A stretch of DNA of 64,000 nucleotides, from the NCBI GenBank assembly GCA_016748015.1, contig JAAOMT010000591.1, forward strand, positions 410,335 to 474,334, written 5' to 3'. Positions 53,630 to 64,000 of the stretch are shown piece after piece. Below the pieces are notes generated by a model. That model did no database searches. It saw only the letters and a program-made list of their open reading frames with translations, and was not told the origin of the DNA. How positions within the stretch are numbered: position 1 is the stretch's first letter; every line of letters begins with the position of its first letter. This DNA is from Geosiphon pyriformis uo1. Its lineage: Eukaryota > Fungi > Glomeromycota. The translations under genes were made by a program, and so were the position numbers.

Positions 53630-56600
53630 TGTTACCGGAGGTTTTTGGTCTCTTTTCTTAAATGTTGGTAATGTTAATTTGCTGTGAATTCACGTTTTCA
53701 GGAAGTAGTTGAACCTCCAATAACTGAATTTATCTTCAAATTATCTTCTATAATTTGAACTGCTGGGCTTATAAGTGGAATGGCCAATTCCTTGCCAGTT
53801 ACTTTATGTAGTTACGTTGTAGTAAACGTCAACTCTTTCCCAGGAATTGCTCGTCTGGAAGCTCACTAAAAATGTGTAGTTACTTTGCTGTGAAAGTCAA
53901 CTCTTCTACAGGAATCTCGTCTGTAGGCTATCCTAATAATTGTAATAAAAAAAATAAAAAAAAATAAAAAAAATGTAAAAGAAATAGAATTTTGTCAAGA
54001 GAAACGTTTTCTATCCAGGCCTGGAGTCACTAACAGTTTACTGAAATTGGTAGCTAATCAATTTCGAANNNNNNNNNNNNNNNNNNNNNNNNNNNNNNNN
54101 NNNNNNNNNNNNNNNNNNNNNNNNNNNNNNNNNNNNNNNNNNNNNNNNNNNNNNNNNNNNNNNNNNNNNNNNNNNNNNNNNNNNNNNNNNNNNNNNNNNN
54201 NNNNNNNNNNNNNNNNNNNNNNNNNNNNNNNNNNNNNNNNNNNNNNNNNNNNNNNNNNNNNNNNNNNNNNNNNNNNNNNNNNNNNNNNNNNNNNNNNNNN
54301 NNNNNNNNNNNNNNNNNNNNNNNNNNNNNNNNNNNNNNNNNNNNNNNNNNNNNNNNNNNNNNNNNNNNNNNNNNNNNNNNNNNNNNNNNNNNNNNNNNNN
54401 NNNNNNNNNNNNNNNNNNNNNNNNNNNNNNNNNNNNNNNNNNNNNNNNNNNNNNNNNNNNNNNNNNNNNNNNNNNNNNNNNNNNNNNNNNNNNNNNNNNN
54501 NNNNNNNNNNNNNNNNNNNNNNNNNNNNNNNNNNNNNNNNNNNNNNNNNNNNNNNNNNNNNNNNNNNNNNNNNNNNNNNNNNNNNNNNNNNNNNNNNNNN
54601 NNNNNNNNNNNNNNNNNNNNNNNNNNNNNNNNNNNNNNNNNNNNNNNNNNNNNNNNNNNNNNNNNNNNNNNNNNNNNNNNNNNNNNNNNNNNNNNNNNNN
54701 NNNNNNNNNNNNNNNNNNNNNNNNNNNNNNNNNNNNNNNNNNNNNNNNNNNNNNNNNNNNNNNNNNNNNNNNNNNNNNNNNNNNNNNNNNNNNNNNNNNN
54801 NNNNNNNNNNNNTTCAAGGCTAACATTAATTTTTGGGATATTTGTTGAATATTTCGGGGAATAATCATGATAAAATTGACTAATTATGAAAAGAGAAAAT
54901 AAAGAAAATTATTTTTGGATATGGGGTTTTTATTTGTTTTTGGGTTTGAGTGTTTTGTAATTATTTACTATTTTTGTCTTTGTGTTTTTAGTAGAGAATT
55001 ATTGTAAAATTTAAGTGTTCAAGTTTGGTTGTTGTTCTATTATAATTATTGGTTCTAAATTTCAGGAAATATCTTCAGGATTAATTAAAGGAGAATGTAT
55101 ACCAATTTGTGGAATTAATGGTTCAGGATTGTTTCTGGAATGATAGTATTTCAGTCTGTCTCCATGTGCAACTTTTGCTAATATTTTGTTATCAAGTCTT
55201 AACTTATATGATCCATTGTCTAGAATTTCATGAATATAAAATAGTCCATCCCATTTGTTTTCAAATTTCCCACTCCATTGTTTTTCAGCCTTAGTTCTGT
55301 GTAAGAGAACTTTATTTCCAACTTTAAATTCGTTGGTAATAGATGGTAATTTGTTGTCATATCTTTCTTTTTGTTAAGCTTGGGAATGTTCAATATAAGC
55401 TGCTGCTATTTTTCTTTTTCCTTCCAGTGTACTAAGAAGAGTGTAGGCTCTTCTTTGGAATGTCTCTTGAAAGTTTTTTTCATTGATTGGTTGCACTGGG
55501 TATATTTCCACTGTGAAATTAATTGGTAATGTTGCTGTTTTTCCATAAGTAAGATCAAATGGTGTGTGTTTCGTAGTATCTTGTTTTAGTGTTCTGTATG
55601 CTAGTAACACTGATGGAATAAAGATATCTCATTCCTGTTCAAAGTTTGTTGAGACTTTGGCTAAAGATTCACACAATGTTCTGTTAAAATGTTTTACAAG
55701 TCCATTTGTTTGAGGGTGATAAGGTAATGATAGAGGTCTTTTGACATTGAACTGTTTACAAATTTCTTGTATCAAGTTGTTCACAAAATGTGTTTCTTGA
55801 TCAGATAAGAGTTCAATTGGACATCCATGTCTACAGATAATGTCTTCATAGATGAATTTTGCTACTGATTTTGCATCTGCTTTTTGGATGGCTCTAGCTT
55901 CAGGCCATTTGGTAAGATAATCCACTGCAACTGCAATATAATAATTTCCTTGGGTTGTGATAGGTAATGGTCTGATTAAATCAATTCCAACTCTGTCAAA
56001 AGGTTGTCCAACTTTGATTGGATTTAAAGGTTCTGTGGGGTGAGTTCCTTCTCTTCTTTGGCAGTTATCACAAGATTCTACATATTGTCGAATGTTTTTT
56101 TACATGTAAGGCCAAAAATAATGTTCAAGGGTTCTTTGAATTGTTCCTTCTTTTCCCAAGTGTGCTGAAGACAGATCTGTGTGCATGTTGTATAAAATTG
56201 TTTCTTTTTCATTCTCTTGTACTAATCTGAATGGCTGGTTTGGTTTTCTGTGATTTTTATAATAAATTTTGTTCTGGTGTATAAAATATTGTTTTGATTG
56301 GTGTTGTAAGTGGTGTTTTTTACTGGGAGACCAGTTTTCTGGCATGATAAGGGTTTCCAAATAATTTTTAAGATTGCTGTAGTTTCTGGATCTATTTTTG
56401 TTTGGTTATTTTGTTGGTAAGTTGGTAAGTTGTGGTGGAATTGTTGTTGGTACTAATCTTGTCTCATTCTTGAGAGGCTATCAACATTGGTATGTAGTTT
56501 TCCTGGTTTGTGGTGTACAATATATCTGTAGTCTACTAGGAAGTCATTCCATCAAGACTGTTTGGCACTTTGTTCAGTTTTCTTTTTATTGAGCCATTTG

Positions 56601-59600
56601 AAGCCAATGTTGTCCATTATTATGTCAAATTCTTTTCCATTTTTCAGATATTGTTGAAAATGTTTAAGAGCCCAAATAACTGCAGCAGCTTCTAATTCAG
56701 TTGAGCCATATTTGAGTTCTGTTGGCTTGAGTGTTCTGCTGGCATAGGCAATAACTTGTTCTTGGCCATTTTCATTTAATTGTGATAAGATAGCACCAAA
56801 TGCTATGTGTGAGGCATCAGTGGCTAATTGGAATCGTTTGTTGAAGTCTGGATAAGCAAGAACTGGGGCTGTTGTCAATTTTGTTTTGAGAATTTCAAAA
56901 GCTTTNNNNNNNNNNNNNNNNNNNNATAACTGCAGCAGCTTCTAATTCAGTTGAGCCATATTTGAGTTCTGTTGGCTTGAGTGTTCTGCTGGCATAGGCA
57001 ATAACTTGTTCTTGGCCATTTTCATTTAATTGTGATAAGATAGCACCAAATGCTATGTGTGAGGCATCAGTGGCTAATTGGAATCGTTTGTTGAAGTCTG
57101 GATAAGCAAGAACTGGGGCTGTTGTCAATTTTGTTTTGAGAATTTCAAAAGCTTTTTGTTGTTTTTCAGTCCATTTGTATGGTACATTTTTGTTGGTAAG
57201 ATAATTGAGTGGTTTGGCAATTTCTGAGAATCCTTTTATAAATTTTCAATAGTAAGAGGCTAATCCCACAAATCCTCTTAGTTCTGTAGTATTTCTGGGA
57301 GTTTGAAAGTTTTTGACAGCATTGATTGTTTCTGGATTTGGTTTGATTCCATCTTTACTAACTATGTGTCCAAGAAAGATTAAACTTGTTTTTCCAAAGT
57401 GACATTTCTCAATATTTAACTTTAATTCTGCTTTCCATAATCGTTAAAAAACTTCTTGCAGGTAAATGAAATAGGCTTCAAAGCTTGGTGAGTATACATC
57501 AGTATCATCAAGATAAACAACTACTGATTGCCACAAGAGCCCTTCATAGACAACATCCATAAGTTGCTGAAATGTTGCTGGTGCATTGCAGAGTCCAAAA
57601 GGCATAACATTAAACTCATAATTTCTTCCTTAAGTGGTGAATGCTGTTTTGGGTCCATTTCGACTTGCCAGTATCCACTTTCCAGGTCTAAAGTTGAAAA
57701 GAACTTGGCTTTTCCTAGAGCATCTAGCATGTCATCAATTCTTGGAAGAAGGTAGGCATCTCCAATTGTAACACTATTCAGTTGTCTATAATCAACACAG
57801 AATCTAATTTTTCCGTTTTTCTTTTTAACCAAAACTATTGATGAGGCCCAAGGACTTCTTGATGGTTGAATCAATCCGTTATTGAGCATTCTTTGGACTT
57901 CTTTTCTGATAAATTGGTGGCTGGCAGGTGGCACTTGATAAGCTTGTTGATGTTTTGGTAGAGCATCTCCTGTATGGATCTAATGTTGAACAATGTCTGT
58001 TTTTCCTAAGTTATTGTTGTCTTTTGCAAATATATCTGCAAATTCAGCTATCAATTGTTTTAATTGTCTTTGTTGTTGAGGTTCTAAGGGACCCATATTG
58101 ATTCGAGAGAGTTTTTCTTCCAACAAGTGGTAGTTTTCAGTAGTGGGAATGATATTTGGATTTGGGAGTAGAGTGTGCTTTACAATTTCGATGAAATTAG
58201 AGACAATCTGAGGGTTTTCATCTTGAAAGATATTGCTGTGTATGATTTTAATTTTTAATTTGTTTAATAAAACAATAGGATAATTATTGGGGTTGTAGAA
58301 TGTAACTCGAAATTTTTTCATTCTTTTGGGAATATAAACGTTTGGAATTGATATTTCATGTTTCAAACAGATTTGTTCATTGAATTCAAAGATTTGTTGG
58401 GTAGTGGTGGGTTTTGAGCAAGTGTAAATTTCGTGATGTTTTCTAAAAGGTGAAATGGTAATTGGCTGAGGAAGTTGAAGAATCTGGTGAGATTCATTTT
58501 GTGTATTAAGAACTATGTTTACTGAAACTGTAAATCGTCCAGTTGAACCAAAACTTTGAATTCCTCTTTCACTCTTTCCCAATTGTTCTCTGCTGTTTAC
58601 TGATTGTAAACTCGAAATGTTGATTAAGGGTAAGTAAATTGCTTGAGCAATTTTTTCAGCATGTTCAATTTTGAATGGTTTGTCTGTCTCATTCTGTAAC
58701 ATGATGGTAATGTCTCCAGTGTATCCTGCATCTATAACTCCTCTTCTAATATTGATTCTTTTGCTTGCCAATGATGATCTGGAGGCAATTTGAATCATTG
58801 CTCCTGCTGGAATTTCAAGAGCAATTTTAAGATTGATTTTTGTCAAAAACTTTGGNNNNNNNNNNNNNNNNNNNNNNNNNNNNNNNNNNNNNNNNNNNNN
58901 NNNNNNNNNNNNNNNNNNNNNNNNNNNNNNNNNNNNNNNNNNNNNNNNNNNNNNNNNNNNNNNNNNNNNNNNNNNNNNNNNNNNNNNNNNNNNNNNNNNN
59001 NNNNNNNNNNNNNNNNNNNNNNNNNNNNNNNNNNNNNNNNNNNNNNNNNNNNNNNNNNNNNNNNNNNNNNNNNNNNNNNNNNNNNNNNNNNNNNNNNNNN
59101 NNNNNNNNNNNNNNNNNNNNNNNNNNNNNNNNNNNNNNNNNNNNNNNNNNNNNNNNNNNNNNNNNNNNNNNNNNNNNNNNNNNNNNNNNNNNNNNNNNNN
59201 NNNNNNNNNNNNNNNNNNNNNNNNNNNNNNNNNNNNNNNNNNNNNNNNNNNNNNNNNNNNNNNNNNNNNNNNNNNNNNNNNNNNNNNNNNNNNNNNNNNN
59301 NNNNNNNNNNNNNNNNNNNNNNNNNNNNNNNNNNNNNNNNNNNNNNNNNNNNNNNNNNNNNNNNNNNNNNNNNNNNNNNNNNNNNNNNNNNNNNNNNNNN
59401 NNNNNNNNNNNNNNNNNNNNNNNNNNNNNNNNNNNNNNNNNNNNNNNNNNNNNNNNNNNNNNNNNNNNNNNNNNNNNNNNNNNNNNNNNNNNNNNNNNNN
59501 NNNNNNNNNNNNNNNNNNNNNNNNNNNNNNNNNNNNNNNNNNNNNNNNNNNNNNNNNNNNNNNNNNNNNNNNNNNNNNNNNNNNNNNNNNNNNNNNNNNN

Positions 59601-62600
59601 NNNNNNNNNNNNNNNNNNNNNNNNNNNNNNNNNNNNNNNNNNNNNNNNNNNNNNNNNNNNNNNNNNNNNNNNNNNNNNNNNNNNNNNNNNNNNNNNNNNN
59701 NNNNNNNNNNNNNNNNNNNNNNNNNNNNNNNNNNNACTGCTGCATTACTAAGCAGAAATGGTGATTCATTTGCCTCAAATTCAAATGGAAATATATCTGA
59801 CAGATTAGCATTTTGGGCAATTTGAGCTGAGGGAATGGTGTGGTTGAAAGAGTTTGATCTTGGTGCTGCAATTTCATCTTCAGAAAGTGCAGTTTGTTGA
59901 AAATCCGATTCCTCTGGTATTGTAAGATAACTGGGTTGAGTGTGATAGTGATTGGGTCTTTGCTGGCCCAAATTTCGGAAAACCAACTGGTTATTTGAAT
60001 TGATTCTGTTGTGGTTATTCTGCAATTGATTTTGGGGTGTGAATTGGTTATGTTGAACCAATCTTCTTGCTGGTACTTGATATTGTTGAGTGGGTGGTGT
60101 CTGATATGGCTGAATTGGTAAAGGTTGCTGATATTGTTGCTGCATTAATTGTGGAGCTGGTGGATAGTAACTGTTTTGATTTTGTGGTCTTGGTGAATAA
60201 TAAGTTGGTGGTGGAGATTGGTAATAGGATTGTTGTGGTGAAGAGTAATGTTGATTACTTCTGTTTTGTTGGTCTCTTTGCAATTTCCCACAATCTCATT
60301 TCCAGTGTCCTGGAATTCCACAATAATGACAATTTTGAGATTGGTTGTTGGATGTTAATCCAAAATTGTTTTGGTTGCATCATTGTGGTGATTAATATTT
60401 TTGTGGTTGTTGCTGCTGTTGTTGTTGGTTTTTAAAATAGCTTTTAACTTTCTTTGCGAGTTGGTCTATCTTTTCTTCAGCTGCTGAGCTGGTTTCTCCA
60501 ATTGCAAGGTTTACAAGCTTGGTGTGATTTGCTTCTTTCATTGCCATTTCATAGCTCTTTGCATGTCTAATAGCAGTTGCTAAATCTGTTGGAGCATGTG
60601 GACGGACTTTCTTAATCAATTTGTCTTTTAATCTTGCTATAAACTGATCTAAGATTTGAGCATCAGAATAGTAGTTATTGGTTTTCAATTGTCAGATTCG
60701 TCTGAGAAGTTTGTTAAATCTTCCAAGATAGGTCATAACAGATTCAGATGTTTCTTGTTTGATATTGCGAAAGTGGTTTCTGAGAGTGATAGAGGTATTG
60801 TTGTCAGTAAATTGTTGTAGAAAAGCATCTTTGAATGCTTGCCAGTTTTTAAATGGTTCTTCTAAATTTTTAAACCATTCTCCTGCTGTTCCTTGGAAAA
60901 AGTAGGGAATTGCTTTGAGCATTCTTGCTGCAATTCAACTATTTGTATCTCCTGCTTTTTGAACTTTGTTAAGCCATTCTTGGGGACTGGTATCATTGTC
61001 TTCACCAGTAAATTCTGGGATTTTTGCAATGTAAGCAGTTGCCATTTCTTCCTCATTTTCTGTAATTTCTTCTGGTTTTGATTCAGTTTCTTTACTTTCC
61101 AAGCTTTCTGAGTGATTACTTTCGTTTTCCTGTAAGTAATCAATAATATTGGCACTTGTTGATATTGGTTCCTGCTGTTGAATAGGATTTCTAGGTGACT
61201 GAAAATCTTCTGGTCTGGAGAAACGGCTAAGTGGTAAACTTGGTGTTTGTGGTTGAACAAGTGAAATTGGAAATGGTGTAATAGAAAGTGGNNNNNNNNN
61301 NNNNNNNNNNNNNNNNNNNNNNNNNNNNNNNNNNNNNNNNNNNNNNNNNNNNNNNNNNNNNNNNNNNNNNNNNNNNNNNNNNNNNNNNNNNNNNNNNNNN
61401 NNNNNNNNNNNNNNNNNNNNNNNNNNNNNNNNNNNNNNNNNNNNNNNNNNNNNNNNNNNNNNNNNNNNNNNNNNNNNNNNNNNNNNNNNNNNNNNNNNNN
61501 NNNNNNNNNNNNNNNNNNNNNNNNNNNNNNNNNNNNNNNNNNNNNNNNNNNNNNNNNNNNNNNNNNNNNNNNNNNNNNNNNNNNNNNNNNNNNNNNNNNN
61601 NNNNNNNNNNNNNNNNNNNNNNNNNNNNNNNNNNNNNNNNNNNNNNNNNNNNNNNNNNNNNNNNNNNNNNNNNNNNNNNNNNNNNNNNNNNNNNNNNNNN
61701 NNNNNNNNNNNNNNNNNNNNNNNNNNNNNNNNNNNNNNNNNNNNNNNNNNNNNNNNNNNNNNNNNNNNNNNNNNNNNNNNNNNNNNNNNNNNCTCTAGAG
61801 TTGCTGTGTCTGGTGTGGTTGCCACTTTGAATTTGTTGTTGTTGTGTTATTTCCATGGGAGAGCACCAAATGTTACCGGAGGTTTTTGGTCTCTTTTCTT
61901 AAATGTTGGTAATGTTGATTTGCTGTGAATTCACGTTTTCAGAAAGTAGTTGAACCTCCAATAACTGAATTTATCTTCAAATTATCTCTTATAATTTGAA
62001 CTGCTGGGCTTATAAGTGGAATGGCCAATTTCTTGCCAGTTACTTTATGTAGTTATATTGTAGTAAACATCAACTCTTTCCCAGGAATTGCTTGTCTGGA
62101 AGCTCACTAAAAATGTGTAGTTACTTTGCTGTGAAAGTCAACTCTTCTACAGGAATTTCATCTGTAGGCTATCCTAATGATTGTAATAAAAAAAATAAAA
62201 AAAAATAAAAAAAATGTAAAAGAAATAGAATTTTTTCAAGAGAAACGTTTTCTATCCAGGCCTGGAGTCACTAACAGTTTACTGAAATTGGTAGCTAATC
62301 AATTTCGAAATGTTAGTTGGGTTTTTGGGGGTTTTTCCAAGTACAATAATTAAAGAATTTGGTTTTTTCGAATTATTTGATATTTATTTCTTTTTGTGTG
62401 TATAGGAATGGTTTTAATAGATAAATCTAAAGTAAGATACATTTTCCAGAAGAGAAAAGTTCTTCTTTTATATAACTTGTTGTAGTACTAGTTTATAAAC
62501 TTGCATTTTTTCTCTTTGCCCAAATTCCAGCAAACTAAAGATACATTTTGATGAACTACAAGTTATTTTGCTGAACTATTCATAATTTCGGCGAATTTCT

Positions 62601-62823
62601 GTAAATTTCGGCGAATTTTTGAATGTTACAAAGTTCAGAGTATTGTGTAATTTGATCATCTTACTTTTTGTTATACTAATTAGATTATTTTAATTGAATC
62701 GTGATATGTGATAATTAATTAAATAATAAATGATAATTTGAAATGATATTAATATACTAATGAATTATAGGAATTATAAGGGTAGTTTTATGCTAATTAA
62801 TAGCTAAAATTCTACTGGTAACA
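53630..62823 (-). mobile_element. Near full-length family B gypsy (-): LTR 62823-61871, PBS, gag, dUTPase (~58854-58530), RT, RNaseH, integrase (~56400-55050), ORF3 (from 54868), 3' LTR ending at 53630
   Basis: ASRSSLA..GVIDAGYTG..KIAQAI..RGIQSFGSTG; RFCVDYRQLN; LATDAS; DYLTKWPEA..YHPQTNGLV. Two homologous LTRs; several N gaps. Confidence 0.92.
61853..61868 (-). other. Primer-binding site of family B (TGGTGCTCTCCCATGG)
   Basis: 2 nt after the LTR end ggtaaca on the minus strand. Confidence 0.8.
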
Positions 62824-63806
62824 TAATCTCCTCCTCAAGACTGAGCTCCATCAAAGTCCAAGCACTATCTGTAATATTTAGATAGTGATCTAAAATGATT
62901 GAAGTAATCTGGTCTGAAAATTGTTGAAATTTCAGTTCTGTGAGTTTGCCAATGTATTGAACTTTCATTGATTGCAGTATTGGATTTTGTAGAACATTTT
63001 CACAAGTATTAAACAAATCATAGAGTCTAAAAGCTGCTCTAAGTTTATAGCGAGTGTTTGTTGGTCCAGCTGCTGTTTTGAATTCATTGTAGATTTGTTT
63101 TTGTATAACTTCAGGAGTAAGATTTGTTGCTTCAAGTTCCAGTTTTCGTTCATAAAGTGTTTTTCCAATTTGAAAGTATNNNNNNNNNNNNNNNNNNNNT
63201 AATCTGGTCTGAAAATTGTTGAAATTTCAGTTCTGTGAGTTTGCCAATGTATTGAACTTTCATTGATTGCAGTATTGGATTTTGTAGAACATTTTCACAA
63301 GTATTAAACAAATCATAGAGTCTAAAAGCTGCTCTAAGTTTATAGCGAGTGTTTGTTGGTCCAGCTGCTGTTTTGAATTCATTGTAGATTTGTTTTTGTA
63401 TAACTTCAGGAGTAAGATTTGTTGCTTCAAGTTCCAGTTTTCGTTCATAAAGTGTTTTTCCAATTTGAAAGTATCTATAGATAGAAGTGTGTTCATTGTT
63501 CTGTTCATTAAGAAGTAGTAGTAGTTTTTGTTGCATTGTAGCATTTGGTGGAATGTCAATTGGGGCAATTAGCAGATTTTCTTCTAGTGCCTGCTTCAAA
63601 AGTCTTGGTAATTTATTCTCAAAGTGCCTTCTTGTTTTTCTTCTATAGGGGTGATAGTTCTGTAAATAATTTGCTACTGGGGCTGTGGTTTTTTTCTGAA
63701 TGTATTTAATTTGACTTCTATTAATCGTTATAGATAAGTCAGGGAGTGTTTTCAAGGCTAACATTAATTTTTGGGATATTTGTTGAATATTTCGGGGAAT
63801 AATCAT
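62804..63806 (-). CDS. Family B accessory ORF3 (~235 aa after removing the gap duplication), function unknown, stop codon inside the LTR
   Basis: ATG-initiated open frame MIIPRNIQQ...YRYFQIGKTL...RLYDLFNTC...LSLEEEIMLPVEF*, downstream of the integrase end (EPIIII). Confidence 0.8.
62827..62836 (-). other. Polypurine tract GAGGAGGAGA, 3 nt before the LTR
   Basis: ...cttGAGGAGGAGAtta|TGTTACCAG on the minus strand. Confidence 0.8.
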
Positions 63807-64000
63807 GATAAAATTGACTAATTATGAAAAGAGAAAATAAAGAAAATTATTTTTGGATATGGGGTTTTTATTTGTTTTTGGGTTTGAGTGTTTTGTAATT
63901 ATTTACTATTTTTGTCTTTGTGTTTTTAGTAGAGAATTATTGTAAAATTTAAGTGTTCAAGTTTGGTTGTTGTTCTATTATAATTATTGGTTCTAAATTT

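Noticed and set aside
56676-57155. Duplicated RNase H ORF (apparent dual RNase H)
   Set aside because: Identical copies around a 20-N gap; artefact.
54038-61856. Long ORFs rich in X
   Set aside because: Produced by translating N gaps.
62906-63475. Internal duplication in ORF3
   Set aside because: Identical sequence around a short N gap; artefact.
62804-63806. ORF3 as an env gene
   Set aside because: No signal peptide, fusion peptide or TM anchor visible.

Overview
Eukaryotic fungal genomic DNA with short GT-AG introns and several N gaps. Gene and TE style suggest Glomeromycotina, possibly Geosiphon-like; this is inference only. The window has two compartments. (1) Gene islands (~1-2.4 kb and ~16-34.4 kb) hold tropomyosin, an intronless ATS1-like RCC1-repeat gene, EXO1, a short Med15_fungi-like gene, an orphan 2-TM protein, a forkhead TF, an allantoicase-ureidoglycolate lyase fusion and TAPT1/EMP65. 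(2) TE blocks (~2.5-15.7 kb, extremely AT-eroded; ~34.6-64 kb) consist of nested Ty3/gypsy LTR retrotransposons of at least three families, called A, B and C here, all with TGTTA...TAACA LTR ends. The main candidate novel system is a lineage of 'complex' gypsy elements. They carry a dUTPase and a Cys-rich insert in pol, and a conserved non-env accessory ORF3 that reads through the polypurine tract into the 3' LTR. Family-B LTRs also contain a tandem, covarying structured-RNA motif. The same elements appear as a graded series of C>T/G>A-eroded fossils, pointing to a RIP-like hypermutation defence that is not limited to CpG. Coordinates were read by eye; boundaries of fossil elements are approximate.
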